A DNA stretch of 64,000 nt, taken from assembly GCA_000004695.1 (NCBI GenBank), contig CM000151.3, positions 1,536,001 to 1,600,000 of the forward strand. The letters run 5' to 3'. Source of the DNA: Dictyostelium discoideum (lineage: Eukaryota). The translations under genes were made by a program, and so were the position numbers. Below the pieces are notes generated by a model. The model was not told where the DNA came from, made no database searches, and saw only the letters and a list, made by a program, of their open reading frames with translations. Positions 43,848 through 59,207 of the stretch are shown piece after piece; position 1 is the first letter of the stretch; each line of letters opens with the position of its first letter.

Positions 43848-44576
43848 TTAAAGAGGTCGAGCATGACCAACCCTAGCGTGGATATAAAAATCTAAAGCTA
43901 AAAATTCCATAAAAATTTGAATTAGCTGAGGAATGGCAGAATTGACAATAATTTGGCCAAAGGGACCCGTTTCAAGAAAATCTAAATAATCAACGACATA
44001 CTTAAAACAAGGGTCAAGAGAGTTTAAGATTACACATGATTTTGGTGGTCCAAATTTTATTTTGGGGAATGGTTCTAGAAAGAGATTTGGTTGATTTAGT
44101 GTTTCTGGTAATTTTCCAATACCCTTAGTAGCTTCTCTAAGAGTTCCCGATAAACGTATGATATTGCACTCGTGTTCTTCGATTACTGGGTCAATTTGTG
44201 GTTCATTGACTAGACCTCCAAGAATTAATTCTAAATGTAGATTTTCTTGAGATGGTGGAGGTGGCGGTGGTAGTGGTGGTGGTGGTGGTGGTGGTGGTGG
44301 TGGTGGTGGTGGTGGTGGTGGTGGTGGTGGTGGTGGTGGTGGTGGTGGTGGTGGTGGTGGTGGTGGTGGTGGTGGTGGTGGCGGTGGTGGTGGTGCCGGT
44401 GGTAGTGGTGGAGGGAGCTCTATTACCATTTTTTCATTAAAATTATATTTCAAGAATAATGGACATTGTTTTGCTATGATCTTAAATAATTCGGTTTTAT
44501 TTATTAAAGATCTATTTTTGCCATTTTCCATTGCTTTGCAGTTTGAATATTCATTAGATTTGTTGTGTAAATCCAT
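43848..44576 (-). CDS. Proline-rich hypothetical protein (242 aa), with a ~50-residue pure poly-Pro tract encoded by (CCA)n
   Basis: ORF MDLHNKSNEYSNCKAMENGKNRSLINKTELFKIIAKQCPLFLKYNF...(P)n...SQENLHLE...VIEEHECNIIRLSGTLREATKGIGKLPETLNQPNLFLEPFPKIKFGPPKS.... The plus strand carries (GGT)n at 44262-44400. Paralogous to 46590..47300. Confidence 0.6.
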   Translation of the reverse strand: MDLHNKSNEYSNCKAMENGKNRSLINKTELFKIIAKQCPLFLKYNFNEKMVIELPPPLPPAPPPPPPPPPPPPPPPPPPPPPPPPPPPPPPPPPPPPPPPPLPPPPPPSQENLHLELILGGLVNEPQIDPVIEEHECNIIRLSGTLREATKGIGKLPETLNQPNLFLEPFPKIKFGPPKSCVILNSLDPCFKYVVDYLDFLETGPFGQIIVNSAIPQLIQIFMEFLALDFYIHARVGHARPL

Positions 44577-45204
44577 TTTTTAATTGTACAAAAAAAAAAA
44601 ATTCTACAGGAAAGGAATAAACTATTAAAAAAGATAATATTATTATTTTGTACTAATTTTTTCTTTTTTTTTTTTTTTTAAACAGCATTTTTTCCTTTTC
44701 ACAAAATTAAACGAAAAAAAGACATGAAAAATAAAACAAAAAAAATTAAAATAGAAAGTGGAAAAAGGTGATCACCTTTTTCCAAAAAAAAATAATAAAT
44801 AATTAAAAAAGACATAAACAAGACTTACATTTTATAAAAAATAATTTTTTGATGAAATTAACTATTGAAAAAACAATACCACAACGAAGGGAAAACTATA
44901 AAAAAAAAAAAAAAAAAAAAAAATTAAAAAAATTAAAAAAATTAAATAAAATTAAATGAAATTTCATTAAAAATTGTTAAATTACCTACCAACTTCAAAT
45001 GATCGATTATTTGAAATATTATATTATTATATTATATTATTTTTAGTTAAAAAAAAAGATTAAAAAATGAAAAAATAACTAATTTATTAAAAAGGATTAA
45101 AAAAAAAAAAAAAAAAAAAATTTAAATCTTCTAAAAAGGAATTTGATTAAAAAAAAAAAATTAAAAAAAAAAATTTGATTAATTAAGGAAAAAAAAAAAA
45201 AAAA

Positions 45205-45241
<37 letters not shown>

Positions 45242-45361
45242 AAATATATATATACATACATAAATAAATTAAAAAATCTAAAAAAAAAAACTTATATTAA
45301 TCAAAATAAAGAGAAATGAACAAAAAAAAAAAAAAAAAATAAAAAAAAAATAAAAATTTAT

Positions 45362-45393
<32 letters not shown>

Positions 45394-46185
45394 CAAAAAA
45401 AAATTCTATTCTGAAGTATTCATTTTGTTTCATATTCTTTCATTGGACCAAACAATTCACCTAAATAAATTAAATAAAATTAAAAAAAAAAAAAAAAAAA
45501 AATTAATTTATTTTATTTTTTATTTATTTTATTTTGTTTTTTATTTATTGTGTAGGGAAATTATTAATATGATTTTATTTTTTAGCGTTTTATGGGGTGT
45601 GCATTTAAACGCAATGGTAAAAATATTAATTTTAATTTAAAATTTTTTTTTTTTTTTTTTTAGGGGGCCTTTCCCACATTGTTTTTTTTCGATCAAAAAA
45701 ATAAAAAAAAAAAAAAAAGAAAATTGAGAAATTTTAAAAAAAAAAAATCACCCCAAAATATCGGCACCCCTTTTCGTGTAAAAACCGCGCCGGTGAATTT
45801 TTCCAAAAAAAAAAAAGAAAAAAAAAATTAATTTGGGCAAACCCGCAATTTTTTTTAAAAAAAAATTAATAATTAAATTAGCCAAATCCAAAAAAATAAA
45901 TAAGGAGATTATAGATTAAATTTATTTACTTTTTTTTTTTAAAACTAAATGGTAAATTTTTTTTTTTCATTTGATATTTTAGTGATGACTTTTGTCTTGA
46001 CTTTTCTAGTGTAATTTTTTTTTTTTTTTTTTATTTTCAAGATTTACTTATTAATTTTTTTATTTTTTTTTATTTTTTTCAAGATTTATTGGAAAACCCT
46101 ATCACTCCTTTTATTTTTTTTTTTTAATTTTCACTCCTCTTCATTTTTCTGATAAAAATTGAACCTTTTTTTTTTATTAAATCGG

Positions 46186-47479
46186 ATCACTCTTTGTAAT
46201 TTCTCTTTTAACAACATCAATCACTTAAAAAGATATTAATAATTTTTTCTTAAAAATAAATCTTAATCTTCAAAAATTTTTAGTAGTTTGTGGATAAAAC
46301 AAAAATTACTACTTTCAAAACCAAAAAAAAAAAAAAAAAAAAAAAAAGAAATTTCTTTCATTATTATAATTATTTATTTTATTTTTTTAAAGATATATTA
46401 TTATTATTATTATTGTTATTATTATTACCAACAATTGACGGTTTATTTTTATATTTTTTATTTTTTTTATTTTTATTTTTAATTTTTAATGGTTGATAAT
46501 AAAATACTACTATTTTATAAAAACATTTCTATGGCCAAAAAAACCATAACAATGTAATTATGAAATAGTACTAAATATTTTAAGGGAGGTCAAATATGGC
46601 CAACTCTAGCGAGAAAATAAATGTTTAAAGCTAAAAATTCTTCCAAAATTAGACATAACTCAGAGATGGCAGAATCGATAGTAATTTGGTCAATGAATTG
46701 ATCATTCATTTCAAAAAATTCTAAATACCTATTGAAAGAAATAACACAATGTTGGAGAGAGTTTAAGACTGATTTTGATTTTAGTGGTCCAAATTTTATT
46801 TTGGTGAATGGTTCTAGAAAGTGTTCTGGTTGATTTAGTGGGGCTGGTAATTTTCCAATATTATTAATCACTTCTCTTAAATTACTCGATATACGTTTGA
46901 TATTGCACTCGTGTTCTTCGATTACCTGGTCATTTCGTGGTTCATATGGTTCTCCAAGAGGTAATTCTAAATTTGGATTTTCTTGAGATGAAGGGGGCGG
47001 TGGTGGAGGTGGTGGTGGTGGAGCAGAAAGAGAAGGAGGAGTTTCTTGAAATGGCGACAGTGGTGTTAGTGGTAGTGGTACTGGTGGTGGTTGTACTGGT
47101 TGTTGTGGTGGTTTAGGATTTTCTTGAAGTGGTGCGGGTGGTAGAGTCATTAATGATACATGTATCAAAAACTTTGAAAAAATTGGATATTTTTTTGCTA
47201 GGGTCCTATAGATTTCAGTTTTATTTAATAAAGATCTAGTTTGGCCATTTTCGATAGCTTCAAAAATTGGACTTTCACTTGGTTCGTGGTGGAAATTCAT
47301 TTTTAGTTGGGTGAAAAAAAAAAAAATAAAAAATAAAAAAAAAAAAAAAAAAAATTCTAAATGAAAGAATATTAATAATTTTGCGTATGTGTGTATAAAA
47401 AAACAATAAAATCCTTTTCACAAAAAATAAATATGAAAAATAAAACAAAAAAAATTAAAATAGAAAGTGGAAAAAGGTA

Positions 47480-47522
<43 letters not shown>

Positions 47523-47605
47523 AAACAAGATTGCTTACATTTTATAAAAAAAATTATTTGATGAAATTTACTATTAAAACCATAATCCCACAATGAAGGG
47601 AAAAC

Positions 47606-47646
<41 letters not shown>

Positions 47647-47954
47647 ATAAATTGAATTAAATTAAATTAAAAATAAATAAAATTAAATAAAATTAAAAAT
47701 TCTTAAATTACCAACCGACAAATGATCGATTATATGAAAAATTATTTTTAATTAAAAAAAAAAATAAAATGAAAAAAAAAAAAAAAATTGTCTAAAAAGG
47801 GATTTGTTTAAAAAAAAAAAAAAAAACTAATTTTGACAAAAAAAAAAAAAAAAAAAATTTACTAAAAATTTACTAGGTTAAATAGTAATTTGGTTAAAAA
47901 AAAAAAACCTAAAAAAAAAAAAAAAATATTTTGTGATTAAAAAGGAAAAAAAAA

Positions 47955-48004
<50 letters not shown>

Positions 48005-49040
48005 ATTGAATTCTATATACACAAATAAATTAATTATCTAAACCTACCTAAATAAAAAAATAAAATGTGAAATGGCCAAAAAAAAAAAAAAAAAAAAAAA
48101 AATCATTAATATAAAAAAAACAAAAAAAAATTAATAACAAAAATAAAAAAAAAAAAATTAAAAAAAAAAAAAAAAAAAAACAATAAAATTTCAAATTAAA
48201 TTATTGAACAAAAATAACTTATTTTATAAATATTTTTTTATATTGGGACAAACAATTCACTAAAAAAAATAAAAAAAACAATTAAAAAAAAAAAAAAAAT
48301 AAAATCTCAATTTTTTTTAATTATTTTTTATTTTTAATTTTTTTTTATTTATATGTTTTTATTTAAATAATAAAATTCTTTATTGGCTAGTGAAAATAAA
48401 TATTAAAAATACAATGATATAATATTTTTAGTCTTTATATATAGGGGGCGAATCCCACACAGATTCAATCGGTTCAAAAAAAAAAAAAAAATAAAAAAAA
48501 AAAAATAAAAAAAATTAATTTTAAAAAAAAAAAAATCACCCCCAAAATATCGAAACCCCTTTTTCCACGAACCACGCCAGCACCTGTTTTTTTTTAAAAT
48601 TTTTTAAATTCCATTACGATTTTTTTTTTTTAAATAAAATTAATTTTGAAAATAATAAAAAATAAATTAGCCCAATCCATAAAAATTAATAAAGAAATTA
48701 TAGATTAAATAAATTTATTTGGTTTTATATTTTTTCAAATTAATAACAAACCTAAAAAACTATGATGTGGTAATTTTTTTTTTTTTTTTCTTTGTCGATG
48801 ACTTTTGGCTTTAGTGTAATAAAGAAATAATTTATTATTTTAAAAATACTAAAAATAAAATTAGATTTATTTTTAAAAGTAATAAATAAAATAAAAAAGA
48901 ATTTATAAATTTTTTTTTTCAAGATTTTTTGAAAACCCCATCACTCATTTTTAATTTTTTTTTTTATTTTTTTTTAAATTTTCCCTCCTTTTTTTTTTCT
49001 TATAAAAATTGAACTTTTTTTTTTTATTAAATTTTTATTT
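46186..49040. repeat. Unit 2 of the tandem segmental duplication; begins with a relic copy of the last ~70 bp plus 3' UTR of the kinase gene
   Basis: See unit 1. The many substitutions and indels between units indicate an ancient event. Confidence 0.75.
46590..47300 (-). CDS. Proline-rich hypothetical protein, paralogue (236 aa), with a heterogeneous Pro-rich region
   Basis: MNFHHEPSESPIFEAIENGQTRSLLNKTEIYRTLAKKYPIFSKF...PPAPLQENPKPPQQPVQPPPVPLPLTPLSP...APPPPPPPPPPSSQENPNLE...VIEEHECNIKRISSNLREVINNIGKLPAPLNQPEHFLEPFTKIKFGPLKS. Collinear with 43848..44576. Confidence 0.6.
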   Translation of the reverse strand: MNFHHEPSESPIFEAIENGQTRSLLNKTEIYRTLAKKYPIFSKFLIHVSLMTLPPAPLQENPKPPQQPVQPPPVPLPLTPLSPFQETPPSLSAPPPPPPPPPPSSQENPNLELPLGEPYEPRNDQVIEEHECNIKRISSNLREVINNIGKLPAPLNQPEHFLEPFTKIKFGPLKSKSVLNSLQHCVISFNRYLEFFEMNDQFIDQITIDSAISELCLILEEFLALNIYFLARVGHI

Positions 49041-49057
49041 TTTATTTTTTTGTTTTT

Positions 49058-49097
<40 letters not shown>

Positions 49098-49132
49098 TAT
49101 TTTATTATTTTATTTTTTTAATTTTGTTAAAT

Positions 49133-51851
<2,719 letters not shown>

Positions 51852-51873
51852 TAAAAAATCAAAGATAAAGACA

Positions 51874-51910
<37 letters not shown>

Positions 51911-52041
51911 AATTTAATTATTTGTTTATTTATACAACAAAACTCCTTTATTAATTTTTTGTCGAATTGTTTAATAAAATAAATAAAGGTTAAACCTAAT
52001 GTCAATAACATGTTTTATAATATTCATTAACTTTGATTTTT

Positions 52042-53130
52042 TCACTTGTTTTTACTTGACAAAAACCTTTTTAACATTTGTTCTCTTAGCAGTAATTCTT
52101 TTTCTTTTAATTCCTTATCAGTATCTTTCTCTTCTTCTTTTTCCTTTCCATCATTTTTCTCTTTTATTACCCATACTTTTTGGTCATGATAAAGTTGATT
52201 GGGATTTACCACTAAACTTGGGATATGAACAGGTTTTGTTGAGAGATCATTATGATTATAAATATTCTCTTTATACTGCCATGGCATTAAATACATATCA
52301 TCTTTACTTGTACTATTAAATTGGTTGTTTTCTTCTTTATCTTTTTGTTGTATTATTCGTTGTCGTTTATATTTATTAGTTAAAATTAATTTAAATTTAT
52401 CTAACCAATTTGAGAGATCAATAATTTTTGAGTCAATCTTTTCAATTGTTATTTCATTTTCACTCTTTAATTTTTCTTCAAATTCAATTCTTTCTAATAA
52501 TTCTTGTTCGTATAAGATTTTTTCATTTTCATAATCAATTTCTAATTGTTTGATTTCATCCAATTCTTGTTGAACTTTTTGTCTTTTTAATTGTTTTTTC
52601 AATTGTTTTCTTTCTTGTTTTCTTTCTTGTTTTTCTTTTTCTTTAAATTGTTGTTCTTTTAATTTCTCATTTTCAATTTCAATCATTTTCAATCTCATTT
52701 CTTCCTCGATTGCAATTAATTGATTCTTTACTTTTAATTTCATATCTTGTTCAATCTTTTCTTTTCTTTGTCTTTCAATCTCTTCATTCTTTATTTTTTT
52801 ATCATTTTCAATGATTATCTTTTCTTTTCTTTCTTTTTCTCTTTTTAATAAAAGTTCCTTTTCAAATTTCCTTTTTCTAATATTTTCAAATGAAAAATAA
52901 TTATTTTCATCAATTAAAATTTCATAATCTATTATTGAAATTATATTATTATTATTATTATTTGATAAGCTTTCACTATAAATTAATTTTTTATTTATCA
53001 TTTCATAAAAACATAATTTACAATCATTAATATTTTGAAATTGTAAAATTAGATTTATTGAAATTAAATCATCTTTTAAAATTTCAAAATTTCTATTTAT
53101 TAAAAAAAAAATATAAATTTAAAGTTAATT

Positions 53131-53189
<59 letters not shown>

Positions 53190-53329
53190 AAAAGAATATT
53201 ATACATACTTTATATCACCAAAATAGCTGAAAATAGATTTAATGTAATCTCCATTATTAAATATTAATTTTGGTAAATTATTAATTATTACTGTATCATT
53301 TATTTTATTAGAATTTAAATTTAAATTTA

Positions 53330-53417
<88 letters not shown>

Positions 53418-53780
53418 TTTAACAATTAATTTAAATTTTAAATTATTTCCATTGAATTGAATAGTTTTATTATTTAATATATTAATTGTTATATCATTGT
53501 TTATTGATTTAATATCAATCTTGAATTTATATATATAATCTTCACTTTGTTTATTGTTTGTTTTAGGTTTTAATAAAGTTATATTTGCAGGTGGTAGTGG
53601 TAGTTGATCTTCAATGTTATTCTTTAAAATTGATAAAATTTTCTCTTTAACATCAAACGATGTTGGTATATTGTTTATATTTGAGTTTATTTCACCATCG
53701 TTCAGCTTAAATGAAACTTCTAAACTTTTAATGGATAATAGTATTAAATTTTTATTTATTTGTATTTCATTATAATTCAT
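52042..53780 (-). CDS. Hypothetical charged coiled-coil protein (~540 aa); complement(join(52042..53092,53209..53780))
   Basis: Exon 1 ends ...SYFGDIK with phase-2 donor GTATGT (plus-strand acatac at 53203-53208). The 116-bp intron contains (TTTA)n, with acceptor aataaatag. Exon 2 continues (K)NFEILKDDLISINLILQFQNINDCKLCFYEMINKK...; the phase-0 alternative hits a stop immediately. The C-terminal half is E/K/R/Q-rich heptad-like sequence, and exon 1 carries an (AAT)n-encoded poly-N. Confidence 0.6.
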
Positions 53781-54420
53781 TTGTAAAAATAAAAAAAAAA
53801 TTAAAAAAAATCTGAAAAAAAAAAAGTGAAAAAAATAAAAAAAAAATAAAAAAAATAAAAAAAAACAAAAGAAATTTCTTTAAATGGTTTTTTAAAAAGG
53901 AAATGTCGTTTTGGGTTTTAAAAAAAAATATTTGGAATTAAAAAAAAAAAGATTTTGAAAAATGAAAAAAAAAAATAATTAAAAAATAAATAAATTTTAT
54001 TTATACAAAATTGAGGGATCATGATTAATGTTTTTTTTATCTGAACAATTTTAAATAAAAAAAAAAAACAAAGGAATTTTATTTTGACTTTGTTAAAAGG
54101 TAATTTTTTTATTTTTAATATTATTTTCCAAAATACAGGGGTAATTTAATTTAATTTTTTTTAATTATTTTTTTTTTTTTTCTTTTTTCAGAATTTTAAA
54201 TAAAAGGGGTAAAGGAAAATTCATTGTTTTTTTTTTTTTTTTTCTTTTAATTTTATTTACGAATATTAATATATATATATGGTTTTTCTATTTTTAAAAT
54301 TACTTCAATAATACTTTCCAATTTTTAAATATCAAAAAAAATAAAAAATAAAAAAAATAAAAAAATAAAAAAAATAAAAAAATAAAAATAAAAAAAATTA
54401 AATAATTTAATAATAAAAAA

Positions 54421-54512
54421 ATGAATAATAATTTAAAAAAATTATTAAGTAAAATGGAAATTTATAATAATTTTAAAATTGAAGAGAAAGATCAAGAAAT
54501 TAAAATTAAAAA

Positions 54513-54543
<31 letters not shown>

Positions 54544-57500
54544 AAAAATAATAATGATGATGAATGGTTTTGGAATGTAATTCATAATAAATTTTTATTT
54601 AATAAAATAATTCAACATTTAAAAAATAATGATGGTAATGATGATGATTATGATGATTATGATGAAGATTATAAAGATAATGAAGATGCAGAACCAAAAG
54701 GTGAAAAATCAATTGAAGATATTAATTATTTAAATAATTTTAAAGATATTTCATCATTAGAATTAATAATTGAAAAGAAACAATGGAATATTTTAAAAGA
54801 TAAAATTAAAAATAATCAATTTATTAGAATGGAGAAATCATCATTAAATATTTTATATAGTATTTGTAAAGATAAAGAAATTTTTAAATCATTATATAAT
54901 AATTCATGTTTATCAATGGAAATTGTGGATCCAGTATTTTATTCTGCAAAAAATAATAATTTAATATCATTACAATTATTCATTGAAGAATTTAATTTAC
55001 CAATTTATCCATCAACTTTAGAATTTGCGATTATCAATTCATCATTAAAAACCATACAATTCCTAATAGAATCAATTTTAAATAGAAATTTATCAATTGA
55101 TAGCTCATTTAAAGAGAGATCTTTAATTTGTAGTTTTAAAAATTATAGTAATAATTTGAAATCAGATTCAGTAATTACAGAATATTTATTGGAAAATAAA
55201 GAATTACTATTAGCAAATTCAATTGATATTATTAAAATTCCAATTGAAAAATGTTTAAAATTAAAAAAATTAAAAACTAAACAATTGTTATTTAATTATG
55301 GTTTCATTGATTTTAATCATTCAATACCAATTTTAAAAGAATGGTTAATTACAAACTATAATGTATTGTCAATATTGGATTTATGCTTTTCAATTAATAT
55401 TTTATTAAATTGTGATAAGCAATGTGTTGATCTTAAGAATGCACCACAATTCTCAAAAGTGATAGAATCTATTAGAGAAAGGGTTGAACAAGGTCCAATT
55501 ACAGATGACGAACATTCAAATTTTAATTTACTATTAAAAGGACGTTTAATTCAGTTAATTAGAGTTGACGAATTATTTTTAAAATTTTTAAATGAATTTG
55601 GTTTTGAAAAAGGTGTTCATTCATTAGCTTATTGTCCAATGGTAATGGTTTATCAATATACTTTTCAATCATTTAATATTCATGGATTAACACATTTATC
55701 TCATACACAAACTGATGTTCCTCATCCTCAATCGAATCCACATTTTAAACCAAATATGTCAACTTTAACTGACCCAAAGAGAATATTAAATTTTATTAAA
55801 TTTTATTTCAGTTCACAAAATAAGGTTATTTATAATGGTTGGGAAGAGATATCAAAATTTTGTTTGTTAAATTGTAGTATTGAGATTTTAAATGAAATTA
55901 TCGCAATCGAAGGATACCCAATTAAATCATTTCTAATTCCAGATATACAATTTAAACAATTCTCAAAATATCAATGGTTTATTGAGAGTATTGTTGTACC
56001 ATTTGGTTTGAAGTTACATAAAATGGCAATGTACAATTCTTATTTTCAAACTAATCAAGTTTCAAAAGATTATTATTATAGAGAAATTGATGAAAAGGTA
56101 TTAATATCAATTGAAAAATGTAATGAAATTGATTTCATTGATTATTACAGAAACTATTTCCAATTGGGTAATGATAACGTTTCAAATATTAAATATAAGA
56201 AATTAATTGGTGGTAATGGATTCTTTACAATTATCAACTCAATTGAGTGTGCACGTTATTGTTGTGAAAAATTTAAAACTATTCCAAAAGATTTAATTTA
56301 TTATAATTTAATTGTAAAAACAATTTTAACATCAAATATAAATAAAATGAAATCTATAGACACCTATGATAATTGTTCATTAAATTATTTTAAAGGTTAT
56401 TTCAATTTAAATTGTGGTTCAATTGGTACTGAAAATATTATAAAATTATTCAATTATTTAAATTCATCAGGATTTAAATCATTTTCAAAAATATGTGGTC
56501 TATATTACTTATTATATAGTTTAATAAAATCATATAGTATATCATATGATAATAGTAATAATAATAATCGTCATCATGATAATAATAACAATAATTCATT
56601 TGATATAGTTTATAAGATTTTTTCAAATTTATCAATTAATCAATTTCCAAAATGTTTTATGGATTTATTTATAACATTATGTTTTTCAAAATATCAAAGA
56701 GATTTAGAATTGGCTAAATTAATAATTGAAAAATTGGATTTTGATAATGTTTTAACAGTTTATCAATTTACAGATTTAAAATTCAAATTTCATAAATATT
56801 TAATAGAACAAAGTTATAGTGTTGATGATAGAAGAGAAGATGAACAATATGATATCATTTTATCAATAATTCAAATACTATTTGAAAAGGTTTCAGATGA
56901 AAATCAAAAGAATTTTCATGCACTTTATCAACATTTATATAATATTGCATTATCTTGTAAAGTGACATCATTGGATAAAATCAAAGTTTTACATAATCTT
57001 TATAATTCAAAATCAATACCTTTAAAAATCGGATTCTATCATTCATTCTTTTATTTAGATATCAAAAATACAAAATTAGGTAGATATTATTTATTCATTA
57101 GGGTTGATGGTTTAGAGAATGATACATTCGAGCATGGTATGGGATATAATGGTGATATCATTCCTTATTTTTCATTAGATGTTGAATTATGTTTTGATTA
57201 CATTTGTAATAATTCATATAAGGATATATTCTATTTGTTAAGAACTGTAATTATGGTCCAACCATTACCAGGATATAATGGCAGTGATTATTTAAATGGT
57301 ACTAAAAAATGTACAATCAATTTAATTAGTACACGTGGTAAAGTAAATCCTTCAAATGAATATTCATATGATGATAAATCATTTTGTGATCAAAAACAAG
57401 AAGAGATTCTATACAGTTTAAATCAAGATATCGAATATTTATCAACATTTTCTCAATATAATTTAGTAATTAGATTATTAAAAGACTCTATGGAAGCTAG

Positions 57501-58059
57501 TGAAATCGATTCAGAAACTTTAAAAGACCGTACTAAATCGTTCTTAATTTGTGGTATCGATTGTAAATCGTTAAGGAAAATTATTAATCTTGGTATTAAA
57601 GGTTTGGATTTTGAATTATTGGAACAATCATTCTATGAATTACGTTTAGACTTAATCGAATGTATTATGAATAATTATAGTGACTCAATTTTAAAATCTG
57701 GTAAAAGATTAAAAAATGATAAACATTTCCTTTTTCAATCAAATCATTTAGATATCATTGGATTCATATTTGAAAATTATATTCAATTAATGCCAGAATT
57801 TGATTTAACTTGGTTTGAAATATCATTTGAAAATGGTTTAATAGAAATGTGTTTATTAATTTTAATGTTTTATCCACAACAACAAATCATTATAACAAAT
57901 GACCTTTTAGAAAAAACAATTCAAAACAAAAATATTAATATTGTTAAATATTTTTATAATAATTATCCATCATTTAAATATTTAAAATTAAATATTCAAT
58001 CACTAATTAAAAAATATTATTTTTTAGATTATAAATATTTTGATTGGATTTTAAATTAA
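54421..58059 (+). CDS. Hypothetical 1212-aa protein, no recognisable domain; probably a lineage-specific orphan
   Basis: Single long ORF with AT-rich but non-repetitive codon usage. Acidic/Asn-rich N-terminus (NNDGNDDDYDDYDEDYKDNEDAEPKGE). Confidence 0.55.
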
Positions 58060-58213
58060 AATAAAATCAAAAAAAAATAATAAATTAATAAATAAATAAA
58101 TAAATAAAAATTATTAATCTATTAAATATATATATATATATATATATATGTTTTATTATTATTTTTTTTTTTTTTTTTTTTATATATATATTATGTTATT
58201 GAAATAATAATAT

Positions 58214-59207
58214 TTAAAGATGTTTACCACCAGTAACTGGGAAAATATCACCAGTACAATAGGTTGAATCACATGATGCTAAAAAGACATACATTGGTGC
58301 TACTTCAGAAGGTTGACCAGCACGACCCATTGGAGTATTTTTACCAAAAGTTGAAAGTTTGTCTTGTGGATAGCCACCAGAGATTTCAATTGGGGTCCAG
58401 ACTGGTCCTGGTGCAACAGAGTTTACTCTAATACCTCTGTGTGCAACTTGTTTGGATAAACTTTGAGTGAATGATACAATTGCACCCTTTGAAGTTGCAT
58501 AATCCAAAAGGAATGGTGAACCACTGAATGCCTCAATTGATGTGGTTGTAGTGATTGTTGAGCCCTTTGAAAGATGTGGTAAAGCAGCCTTTACAATATG
58601 GAACATTGAGAATACATTTACTTGGAAAGTTTCCATTAATTGCTCTGTGGTGATTTCAGTTATACAATTCTTGGCACATTGTTTACCAGCTACCAAAACC
58701 AATGTATCCAATCCTCCTAATCTATTCTTGGTTTCTTCAACTAAATCTTTACAGAATTTTTCACATGTCAAATCACCTTGAATCATTTCAAATTTGCCAC
58801 CACATGTAGTTGTACCACCACCACTGCCACCACCTGATGTGTTTTTAATCTCTTTCTCTAATAAACATTTGAGAGAATCAGCATCTTTCTTTTCACTTGG
58901 TAAATAAGAGATACAAACATCAGCACCTTCACGGAACATTGCAATGGTAACTGCTCTACCAATACCACTATCACCCCCAGTGACTAATACTCTTCTACCT
59001 CTTAAACGATTATTACCTTTATAGGTTTCTTCACCACCTAAAAATAATATTAAATTTAAATTTAAATTTTAGTTAATAAATAAATAAAAAAAAAAATAAA
59101 AAATTATTATTATAATTACACATACAATCTGGTACTGGATTCATTTCACTTTGAACCCCTGGTACATCTTGTTGTTGTTTTTGGAATGTTCCTTCCTTTG
59201 TTTCCAT
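58214..59207 (-). CDS. Short-chain dehydrogenase/reductase of the bacterial YghA/YhdF (GS-39, glucose/ribitol dehydrogenase-like) subfamily; complement(join(58214..59037,59126..59207))
   Basis: Exon 1 METKEGTFQKQQQDVPGVQSEMNPVPD + C (phase-1 donor GTATGT) joins exon 2 [49 protein letters not shown].... This is near-collinear with B. subtilis YhdF/YhxC ([58 protein letters not shown]). Catalytic YATSKGAIVSF (YxxxK) and C-terminal IFPVTGGKHL. Confidence 0.8.

Noticed and set aside
44252-44440. Plus-strand poly-Val ORF
   Set aside because: Antisense reading of the (CCA)n poly-Pro tract of the proline-rich gene.
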